60,000 nt of DNA, taken from positions 1,578,485 to 1,638,484 of the forward strand of contig MU053431.1 of assembly GCA_013239625.1 (NCBI GenBank), written 5' to 3'. Origin of the DNA: Lama guanicoe (taxonomy: Eukaryota). How positions within the stretch are numbered: position 1 is the first letter of the stretch; each line of letters begins with the position of its first letter. The position numbers and the translations under genes are program-made. Below are positions 49,816-60,000 of the stretch, piece by piece. Below the pieces are notes generated by a model. That model was not told the DNA's origin. It saw only the letters and a program-made list of their open reading frames with translations, and did not search any database.

Positions 49816-52800
49816 GGGCCACACTGTACTCTGCTCCACGCCCTCCCGTTTGCCCCTGCTGTCTGCCCGCTCCTCGGGCACCGCCCCCTCCCTGTCCAAG
49901 GCCGCTCTTCTTGTTCTAAGTCCTGCAGCCCCTGAAGAGTCTGTGTGGTGGAAGCATTGTGGCCCAACCCGCCCCCAGGCGTCAGTGAACGGGAGATGCT
50001 GGGCCTTAGAAACAGCCTGCACTGTGGATGACCCAGCCGGGGCCTCCAGTTGGCTGCTGAGAAAGGGGGACCAGGAAATGAAAACAGAGTTCACGGGCCG
50101 CCGTATCATTTATGTAACTGAATCTGGTTTCAAAGGCCCTTCCGGAAGTCCCTCGGCATTAAACGCGGCAGGCACTCGGGGCCAGGTCGCCAGACAGCCC
50201 TCGTGGACGGAGCCATCTGGGGAGGGACTCAGGCCAGTCTGTCTTCGGGGAGACGTAATCACCGTCAAGAGGGTTCATCGCGCCAACGGCGGGAGTGTGC
50301 AGCGCGACTGCAGCGTTGGCAAGTGTCCTGTCACACGATGGGATGTTTATGGCCGGCTCCCCAAAGGCCTGCACAGGGGAGGGCACGAGTGACAGGGCAG
50401 GTCACGGGCAGGGTGCACCGGCCAGGCTGACCACTGGGGAGGGGGTGACTCAGGGGCCTCTGGCTCTCCCGGCCTGCGCTCCAGTAGGAGTGGGTGGCTA
50501 GTGGAGGCAGCCCCCTGATGTCTATTAGCCGTGAATTACTTCACCTTGAGTGACATCCTGCTGGACGCCTGGTGACCAGGCTCGGCCTGGGGCAATAAAA
50601 CCGCCTGACACTGAGGCCGGACTCGGTGATGGACGGCTGCCCTGTCAGAGCAGCCGCCGGCCTGACCCTGGATGAAGTCGTGACTGGACGCTGGTGCTGA
50701 GGCTCCCTCAGTCTGCTCGGGACCTTGTGTGCACCCAGGAACTCGGGGAGGGGGAGCCCCCTCGCCTGCAGGGTGTAAATTACCAGTCCTCCCTTGCTGG
50801 CCCAGGGGTGGAGAGGGGCCCTGCCGTCCATTTTCCTGGGGGCCGGGAGATAATGGGTTGGGGTGGCCATGGTGGTGCCAAGTTGGGGTCAAGCCCGTGG
50901 CCCCTGTAAATGACCCCTCCCGAGGCTGGAAGCCGCTCTGGCTCCCAGGGCAGGGCCAGCACCGCCTGGCTGGTCTATGCCCCATTCACCCCTTCTGGCC
51001 CTGGACGCCCCTCGGAGGCCAGGCCTAGGCTTGAGTTCGGATCGCCGGCAGGCGGGGGGCGCCAGACAGCGGGAAGCCCACCGGGGGGCACACTGGGTCT
51101 GTTCTGCTGTTTTGCACTTGGCAGCTCTTCCTCTGAACGCTGTTCCCAGAATAACCCTTCTCAGCCAAGCAGGAGCAGGCCTGGGGCTCTGTCAGCGAGC
51201 CGCCTCGTGCCTGGCCTCGGCGGCCAGCCCTCAGCGCCCACTGGAGTACCCCGGGCGGCGGGCTCGCCAGGGCTGCAGACGGCGCTGGGCGGCCACTCGG
51301 CCCTGGAACCAGCTGGGGGTTTACCTCGGGAGTGGGCTTACTTCCCACTTCAGCTCCAGGAGTGGACGCTGCTTTGGGTCGGCTGGGCAGGGCTGGACCC
51401 GGCCGCTCCGGTGGGCTGCACCGGGGCTTGGGGGTGGGGCCGCTTTCGGAGGCACCAGGGGCCAGTGGGGGGTGGCTCACACCGCGGACCCTCTGGGCAG
51501 GGGCACGGGCCTCGTCTGCTGCCCCACTTCTCTCCGCTCTGTCTCCCTGATTTGCGCTCTTTCGCTCTCATCTCAAAACCTTTGCTCCCTTCTCCCCCCG
51601 CCGTCCTCCCTGCTGCCTCTCCTGCTTCTCTACTCCTGACCCCACCCACTCCCGGGGGCCCGCAGCCTCCTGCCCTGGCCTCACCCTCCGCTCTTTGTCC
51701 ACCGTCTTCCTGAGGACATCCCCTGCGAGGTGTCCATCCTGGGCTGGGGGGCCTCCTGGGCTCTGCGAACAGGACTGGGGAGCCCCAGGCCTGCCTCTGG
51801 GCTCTTGCAGCCAGGCCTGCGGGGGAGGAGGGCCCAGGAGCCAGCACCCCGGCCGCCTCTGCTGGCAGGACGGCGGAGTCTCCCGGCCAAGAGCAGAAGT
51901 TTATCGCATCTCAAATGCGTCTGCTCAATGTACAGACTTCGGGAGTGTCAAAGCCATCAGCCCGACTCCTGCTGGCGGGAGAGGACCGTGGTGAGAATCC
52001 AGGGAACTTAAAGGGCTCTGAAAGCGTCAGGCAGTCTGGATAGCAGAGGACGGTTGCTGCGGGGCCACGTGTGCCTTTCGTCTTCATCTTTGACGGGTTT
52101 TGCATTTCCCATGTTTTCTGTAATAAGCAAGCAGATAAGTACAGATGCCGTGGGAAATGAATCACGCTTTATAGATTTTGGCTGCAGATGCTCCAGTGGC
52201 TTCAGGAAAGCACGTTCAGAGAGAGCGAGTGCGTGGGTGCCTCTGAGTTGGGCGCAGTCGCAGGCTCTCTGGGGCTGCAGAGAGAGGGACCTGTTTGCTG
52301 TGCCTGAGCAGAGAGCGAGCCGGCGGCGGGAAAGGACCGCCAGTGTTTCCTGGGGGCAGCCCTGGCTCGAGCACCGTCACTTGGAGGCCGAGGTGTGGGG
52401 TGCCCCTCCGAGGCTCTGGACTGTTCCCTCCACAGCCTTGGGCTCTGGGAGCAACGGTGCAAAGGGCCGAGGTCCTGCGTGCACACCGGCGGGCACACGT
52501 GCACACACGCGCTCACAGCTGCACAAGCACACGCACGTGCACATCTGCCTGCATGCACACCTGACGGTGTTTGTGCACACAGGTGACTTGAAGGTGGATT
52601 TCTTTCCCCCTTTCTGGTCGGCCGCCTGACCTTGACTGGAGGCAGCAGAGTAGGTCCTGACTCCTCCGTTCCAGTTTTGCTGGTCACTTCTGCCAGCCAT
52701 GCCAGGCCCAGAGCAGGAGCTGGTGATGGGCCTGGGGACTGGTCACCCCTGGGTGGGCAGCCAGCTGGGACACAGACCTCCGAATGGGCCGCCTGGGCCT

Positions 52801-55572
52801 CTCGAGCCTCTGACCCGGCGCCCAGGGATGCTCCGTGCCAAGCAAGGACTTCATGCACGGTAGGCAGGCCCAGCTTTGATGGAAACCTCCTTCCTGACAG
52901 TGAAGGCCCTGTGTTCCCCAGGGGCCAGGAGCCGAGGCCAGGCCCAGGGGCACCCCCGACCACATCCCGCTGGTCCGGGGGCCTGGTGGGCAGGGGGTGG
53001 CAGCAAGCAGGTTCCCTTGGTACCTCCCAGGCAGCAGGGAGTTGCCACCTCCCCTCCGGGGCCCAGGCCCCCTGGGGAGGCAGCTGGGGCCTCAGCTGGG
53101 AGCTGCTGCTGCAGGCAGACCAGGAAACTGGCCTGTGTGAGGCCGTGGTTGGGGACCACTCCCGGACAGTTCCGAGCTTGGAGCTGGGTGTCGCGTCAGA
53201 GGCCGTCAGGCCCAGCCTGGCCTTTGGGCTCCTCACCTTGGGTCCTGCTCCTGGAAAGGGGCCAGTTGTGTCTCAGGGTGAGGATCCCAGGCCCGCCTCC
53301 CCGCAGTGCTGGTCAGTGGGCGGCCTGCTCAGTGACAGCTCTGGGACCTGGGGGCTGGCAATGCATCCTGGGATGTGGGGTTACAGCCCGCTCTGTCACC
53401 TAAGGGCTGCATCCTCTTTGTCATGTCGTGTGGGTTCTGAGTCTCGGTCTCCTAGTCTGCGGGGGTTGTTGTCGGAGACGGAAAGGGCCCACCAGGAGCA
53501 CCGGCTGGCCCGAGGGGAGCTAGGGAGCGACACCACTGCTGGAAAAGCCCTGCCCTGGACGGCAAGTCGGCACAACGGCTCACTTGGTCAGCAGGGCCCG
53601 GAGGGAGGCCTCACTGGTCAGCAGGGCCCCATCGACCCCTCTGGATGAGACCCATCCTGGGTCTGATGCCGAGCCGAGCTCACCCGGGAGATGCCTCGGT
53701 CAGGAGGCGGGGCCAGCAAGTCGGTGGACACCCCTCCAGGCTGACCCCAGGGCGGCTGCCCAGCTCAAGCCCCGACTCCAACCCGTCCCAGGCTGCGCCT
53801 GCCTCCGAGCCCCCGCCCAGAGACCGCCAACCTCATTCTTCATGTGCAAAGAATTTCCCGTGCAGCCGTTCGCGCCGCAGCTGGACCTTCTCTGCAGCTG
53901 GACCGTTCTGAGGGAAACTGGTGTGTTCATCTCCTGGTGCAGACATGGGCTGGTGTCCCAGGCCCCGGAATCCCCCTGCCCTGGCTTGGCTTCCTTTGGA
54001 GAGAAGATAAGGGGCTGCTGGCATCTGGTGGGCTGGTGACCCCGCCCAGAGTGCTGACTTGACCGTAGGGAGGGGGCAGGCAGTGTGTCAGAGGCAACAG
54101 AGACCCCCTCGGGCAGCTCCCCTGCCCTTCCTTCCTCTGGAGCTGCAGAAAGGAGCCCCCAGGGCCCAAGGCCACATCTGGCCCAAGCCTGGGGGTATCT
54201 GTGCCAGCCCGGGGCAAAGGGCTGGGAGGGGTGCCTGGCATGTGGCTGAACTCAATCCTGGGGGTCACCCTCATTCCAGGGGAGCCATCATCTCCCGGTC
54301 AGAGCCTGCTAGAGCTGAGCTTGGCCAAGGAGGAGCAAGTGTGTCCTCTCCTTCACCGAGTTTGTGATGGGCCTTGCCTGGGGACAGAGTGTGGGGCAGG
54401 CATGGGGACACAGGGAGTGCAGGAGCCACGCCAGGGCTGGGAGGTGTGTGGGGAGGTCCAGGGAGTTCTGATGGAGGCTGAAGAGCAGTGCCCGCCTCTG
54501 TCTCTGGCACCTCCAGCTGCCCACAACTCCGTCCTGTCTGAGGACAATGGGGTCAGAGGCTGCAAACAGGATGACACTGGGCACATTTGCACCAGGAAGA
54601 GCCCCACCTCTAGAAGAGGCAGAGACGCTCTGGCTGCCGCAGATCGCACCCCTCCCTGCCGCTCACCCACCCCTGCTGGTCTCTCTGTGGCTGGCCCCCG
54701 AGTCAGACATTATTTCATCGAAAGACCAGGCTTCCCACAGGGTTTGCGGGAAGGTCTCTTGACCTGGTCTCAGGAGACTGGACACCAGTCGCTGCTGGAC
54801 ACCCGTCACTGACTTGCTGGTTGACTAGTGAGGACCTTCCCTGAGCCTCGGTGTCTTTACCCCGAGGAGGGGCTGATGCCCGTGTGCTCAGAAGATAGCA
54901 GGGGGGCTGCCCTCCGTGCACGCACACCTCCCACCGCGGAAGGGAGCGCGTGCCCACGCGCACTGGGTTCCTGTGTCTGCGCCGCTGAAGCCACGCACAA
55001 GACTCACAGCCCTCTGAGAGCGGCCAGGCCGGCCGTAACTTTGGGCCTTTAAGTGCTTTCTCAGTCGGCACGTGCTGCAAGCGCAGCCCCTCTCTTGGTG
55101 GGGAGTTGTCTCCATAGCTCCACCATCAAGAGGCAACCTGGACTTTGGAAGGTTTGGAGGTGGCTTCGAGAGCCCTGGGGGCTATCCGTAATTCCTTCCT
55201 TGTGGGGACAGACCTTAGTGTCACCCTCTCTGGGTCTCAAACTGTTTGAATGAATGGAAGGCGTGGAGCAGCTTTCTGAAAGCAACACCATCGGGCTCCA
55301 CCCTTCCTTGCCTGGGATTCAGAGCGAGGAGGAATCAAAGTGAGATCGGCTGACAACGACCACAGCTGGGAGGACTTCCTCGCCTCGGCTTCGTTTGCCA
55401 ACGAGCACTGGACTGGGGCTGGGAGAGCGGCATCCAGCCTCGTCCAAAGGCGCTGGCCGGTGAGCCCGCTCCAGAAGAGCATTTCCCACGACTCACGTTC
55501 CTCAGCACTTAAAGTGACGCGGGACTAAGCAATACGACATGTCCGACACGCCTGCTGTGCGGTCACCACCCG

Positions 55573-55606
55573 CACGCCCGCCACGCCCGCCACGCCCGCC
55601 ACGCCC
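55573..55606 (+). repeat. 9-bp tandem repeat (CACGCCCGC) x about 3.8
   Basis: cacgcccgc cacgcccgc cacgcccgc cacgccc. Confidence 0.9.
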
Positions 55607-55879
55607 CCGGCCCTGCGCCCCCCCTGGGGGAGGGGCCGTCTCTTCTCTGCGGGGCTGTCAGGTAAAAGGTGTTCACGGACCGCGCGTGGAGTCAGGAGCA
55701 GCCCCGCAGAGACCCCTCCTGGCCAAGGTGGCCAGGTCTCAGCGGGAGGCTGGAAGGACTGGGGCCCCCTGCTGCTGGTGCCTTTTCTGGGCACGGGGTG
55801 GGGGGGGAGATGTGCTGGGCCCCTGAGCTTGCCCGTGGAGCAGCCGCCTTTGAGCTACTTCTGGTTTTTCCCTAAAGGC

Positions 55880-56170
55880 GGTTCACACTTTCCCCACTTG
55901 CGGGGCTGATAAGTCACGCAGCCGACGGCTGGCAAGGTTTGCTCGTTGATTCAGGGAGGCGAGTATTTTCCGTGGAGATAAGCCTGTGAAGCCAGGGCTA
56001 TTTCCCCGCTGGGATAAGCGGCAGTGAGGGCCCTGCAGAGGGCTCGCAGGGCGGAGGGCGGGGCGGGTGTTTGCGCAGCCCTGCCGTGGCATTCTCCTCT
56101 GTTGGTTTTACCCAGGTCTGATAAATGAGCCTGCTCTGGCCAGAGCCTGCTCAGGGGCTTATCTGGCGGA
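55880..56170. promoter_or_regulatory. Candidate GATA-rich upstream enhancer
   Basis: Five GATAA sites in about 260 bp, plus T-box-like and NKX-like motifs. Confidence 0.55.
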
Positions 56171-58934
56171 ATAATCCTCTGGCCTTGGCTGGGGAACTAG
56201 CACCTCCCTCTCTGCCCCTCTCCTGGCCTCTGTGGGCAGTTTCGGATGGGGGGGAGGGGCTGGAGATGGAATCAATTCCCCCCTCCCTCCTGTCACCTTT
56301 CTCAGCTCAGCCTGGGGCCACAGTGGGTGAGGAGGCCCCTCTGGGTAGGGACGTCTGTCCTGGGGGCGAGGGGCCTGTCCACACGGTCGCCCAGCTCCTG
56401 CACCCCACTCACTGCCAACCACATGGCCGCACACGTCCCCGGTAGCTGCAGGACGTCACTTCCAGTGGTTCCCAAGCTCCAGACTGGGACCTGGAGAGAT
56501 TGTGCTTTTGGGAAGGTCAGCCTGCTTGGATCCACAGACAGACAAACTGGTACCGTTTCTGGCGTAACTATAGAGAACTAGAGTCCAGAGAGATGAACTG
56601 GCCCGAAGCCGCACAAGGATGTGCAGCCACCTGCAGGCCTGCACTCCATCCCCCACGCCGCCAGGGCCCTCCTGGGGGAGTCCCAGTGTGCGCGCCGGCC
56701 CGGCCTCCTTCCGAGGACTGAGCGCCGTAGGTTGAAGCTGCAGCCCTGGAGGAAGTGAAACACAACCTTTGACCACTGGCTCTGCTCTGCGGACACCTTC
56801 CTCTTGCTCCTGGGTGGAGCAGGGGAGCCGTCCTTCCACCGTCCGCTTCCCAGCTGCGGCCCTGAGCTGTGTGACCCTGTGGCCACTGGCCAGTTGACCA
56901 GGGGACCCTGGAGTCTTTAGGAAGTGAGCTTGGGACCCCCGACCCACCAGTTTTTGAATGTATGTCTGTCTGTTGTTTCCTGTCTCAAAAAGAGGCCACC
57001 TGGAGCAAAGTCCAGCACTTCCTTCATTTTATTTGTCTCGGGCAAGTCAGGGCACTCCATGAGCCTCAGTCTCCTCATCTAAGAAGTGGGGTGATAAGCC
57101 CAGACTCCCAAGGAGCTCACCCTGGCCTGGCTCGAGGTTCTCACATACATTATCATCTTCATCAAATGCTGAGAGCCCAATGGGGACAGCTTTCTCTGTC
57201 AGTCCTGGAAACACCCCGGCCAGGAGACCCTTCTGCCCGGTTTTACAGCTGAGGGCCAATGCAGGGCTCAGCAAGTAAGTGTCAAAAGGCCCTAAGGCCA
57301 GTCTGATCCCCAGCCAGGAACTTACCCACCATAGAAGTGTGTCTGTTGGCCTTGCAGAGGAGAGGGCATTTGGGCAGGACTTTGAGGTATGAGTAGGAGT
57401 TTGTTGAACGAGGTGAGAGGAAAGGGCTTTCCAGGCAGAGGATGCAGACAGACAGCTATGAGCAAGTGGTTGGAGCTAGGGAGGCTGACGGTGGGAGGAC
57501 GCCTGGGGGCCACGTGCTCCAGGCAGAGGAGCTGGGATTTTATCTGAAAGACTTGGAAGGAGGAGTCAGTAAAAAAATTGTTTTTGGTCGAAGCACAGGC
57601 CTCCACTGGGTTTCCTTTTCGCCTTTCTTTATTAATTACAAAAGTAATTATGTCCCCAGTAACAACTTCTGAAAGAAAACCGATGACCTTTTGCCTCCCC
57701 CTCCCCACAGGCCCCCCGGAAACCCCAGACCTGCTCTCCCTCCTGACTCACCCACCCCTTTATATAAACACTCAGACGTCAGTCTGTGGAAAGGGTCTCC
57801 TTTGATTTATTTTGAACAAGTCTGAGTCTCCTGCCATTAATCTCTTCCTGAACAGCCCAGGCTGGGTCGTCCACACGCGCACGTGTTCTGGGCAGCTACA
57901 CCGAGTTCCGCAGCGGGACACGTGACGGTGGGCTTCGCTGGTCCCCGGGGCGGACGTTCCGGTGCGGCCAGGTCGACCTCTCGGCCCGCGCCGACTGCTT
58001 GTCGAGCGGCTGCTGCCACGTCTGGGAAGCTTCATAGGTGCCCAGAAGCGGGCTTGCGGGGACAGCCCTGAGGACGTGCGATTTTGGTAAATGCTGCCAG
58101 ATCCCCGCTCTAGAAGTGCTGCCGGGCGAGGCCGCCTCATTTTCGAGGCCGGTTTCCTGCCCTCCCCAGCCGAAGGTGGCAGCTTCACTGTCAGCCCCTT
58201 GGGTGGGTGAGGCCATGAGGCTCCGGGCTGCTCTGCCCTCCTCGCCCTGACTGTGAGGAAGCTGGACACCTCCCGCTGTCTGGCAGTGGCCTGGCCACTT
58301 GGGGTTCACCTGGGCCTTTCTGATACAAGCTCCTCTGGCCCCTGCTGCCCTGCTGAGCGCCTTTGGGACAGACGCCCTGGCCCGGCGAGCAGGCCTGGAC
58401 TTTGCGCCTGGGCCCAAGGCACCTGGGAGAGGGTGTTTCCCAGCACAGACTGCCCTGACCTTTGGAAGCACCCCGACTGTGGTCTAGGGGGTGGAGAGCT
58501 GGTGGCAGTTGGGGTGCCCTGGGGAGTCAGGTGGTGCATGGCATGGCCAGGAACTGTAGTGACTCATGGCTCACCCAGCCATAAAGTCAGGGTGACAGGC
58601 TCCCCGGAGCCCTGCGCTGGCCGCACCCCACGCCTCCCCACAGCTGAGCTGAGCAGAGCTCCAACCTCGCAGGGTGGCTCCCAGACCATCACACCGACCC
58701 ACTCGTTCCTGCTCTCAGCTATGGCCGGGGAGACTGAGGGCTGGGGTGGGGAGCAGTGTAGTAACTGCAAGCCCCTGTTTCACAGTGGGTGTGGAGGGGG
58801 GCCCAGTGTGGGGTGCCTAGCTCAAGACCGGACATCCAGCCCCCGGCTTCTCATCCCGTCTGCTGCCCCCACCCCCAGATCCTCTCTCTCCTGCGGGCTG
58901 GACTGTGGCTGCTCCCTGTTGGCCTCAGGCTAAG

Positions 58935-59020
58935 CACTGAGCCACTCTGTGCCTCAGTTTCCCCATCTGCAAAGTGGGGTTTGTCGTGGTCCCTTCCTCA
59001 CAGGGCTGTTGGGGGATGGG
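58935..59020 (+). mobile_element. MIR fragment
   Basis: ctctgtgcctcagtttccccatctgcaaagtgggg...cctcacagggctgtt. Confidence 0.65.
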
Positions 59021-59322
59021 TGGCTGATGTGCCAGCATAGATCATTGTTTATGGGGTGCTTGTATGCACCCCCAGTGAAGGAATTGTGCTGGGGGGCCCC
59101 TCCCGGGCCGGATGGTGGGGTCTCCCAGGGACCAGGCAGGGGTAATGGGAGCTGCCTGCCCAGTGGGGCCTTTGTAGGACCCCCTCGATGCCCTCCCCAG
59201 TATCTGGCTGGGCCAGGGACTGGGCCTCGTGGTTCATAGGGTCTGCCTGGCGCGGGGGGTTGGGGGCAAGACACAGGTGCCCACCGGCCCACCTGCCTGC
59301 CCCGCTCACAGCCACCTGAGCA

Positions 59323-59342
59323 GGCAGCGCCCCCTGCTGGTC
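59323..59342 (-). promoter_or_regulatory. Consensus CTCF motif
   Basis: Minus strand reads gaCCAGCAGGGGGCGCtg, a full match to CCASYAGRKGGCRS. Confidence 0.65.
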
Positions 59343-60000
59343 GCTGCAGCCTTCCACTCACACTGAGGGGCAGGGGCAGGGGCAGCCCAGCTCCATCTGT
59401 AGGGGAGGGGCCGGGGGTGGGGTGCCCAGGCCCAGCTGATTTACTGCAGGCGCTCAGGCTGGGGGTCCTCCAGGAGCCACCGATGACAGGAGCCTAGAGG
59501 GCCCAGGGCTGGGCGAGCTGACGGTGGGTATCCCCCGGTGGGCCCAATCAGGCCTACGTCACAGCTTCTCCAGGGAGGACTGAGACCTGGGGGGTGCAGA
59601 GCACCAAGCTCAGAGGCCTGTGGAGTGTGAGGGGGCACCGAGCGAGACGGGGGCAGGGCTAAGGTCCAGGGCAGGTGGGCACCGGGGTCCTGGCCTCGCC
59701 CCTCCTCTCCGCAGTCCCCTTCCTCCGCCGGACGGCTCGTCCCATGGGGTGTGGGAGTGACGTGGCTCAGCAGCGACAATCTCTGTACACAGAGCACCTG
59801 AAGGGCGGCCCTGGGCCCGAGGTTGGCACCCACCTCTGGCAGTGGGCCTTCCTCCGGAGGGGCGGGTCCCTTGCTACGCCCGTGCTCTGGACATTCACTG
59901 TGCCACGGAACCTTGGGGAAGGCCTGGCTGAACGGCCGACCCCTCAGGTTCAAGGTCAAGGAGACCCCACCCCTGTTCCTGCCGACCCCACAGGGAACCC

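Noticed and set aside
49307..50392. 361-aa plus-strand ORF
   Set aside because: It runs through a MIR element and has no recognisable domain; explained by stop-codon scarcity.
52202..53648. Overlapping 344-aa and 338-aa ORFs on opposite strands
   Set aside because: Low-complexity, GC-driven translations crossing a CA/TG-rich tract, with no domain or exon structure.
1..60000. CRISPR arrays, operons or another novel multi-gene system
   Set aside because: This is mammalian intron-containing DNA. No repeat-spacer array or unexplained coding cluster was seen.

Overview
Very GC-rich mammalian genomic DNA, most likely from a camelid, since it carries five tRNA-Ala-derived Vic-1-type SINEs. The window contains the complete coding sequence of GATA5 on the minus strand. 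There is a probable non-coding exon 1 (donor at 45173) and six coding exons (44799-44259, 43093-42918, 36961-36836, 36418-36331, 36024-35897, 35550-35395). All introns are GT-AG and phase-compatible, giving 1215 nt or 404 aa with two CX2CX17CX2C GATA fingers, and a CpG island covers the 5' end. A probable non-coding first exon and promoter near 4850-5100 is inferred, from synteny only, to belong to RBBP8NL; its coding exons were not found in the window. The rest is intergenic or intronic DNA with old L1, L2, MIR, MLT1 and MER53 repeats, microsatellites and short AT-rich islands rich in transcription-factor motifs. I see no new protein-coding system, and the other long ORFs look like GC-content artefacts. 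The best leads are a five-site GATA cluster about 10.7 kb upstream of GATA5, a palindromic GATA site downstream, a TCF/FOX/GATA/TEAD module, a consensus CTCF site, a Met-to-Thr change next to the C-terminal finger, and strong AT-to-GC drift in old repeats. Repeat boundaries and subfamily names were judged by eye and are approximate.
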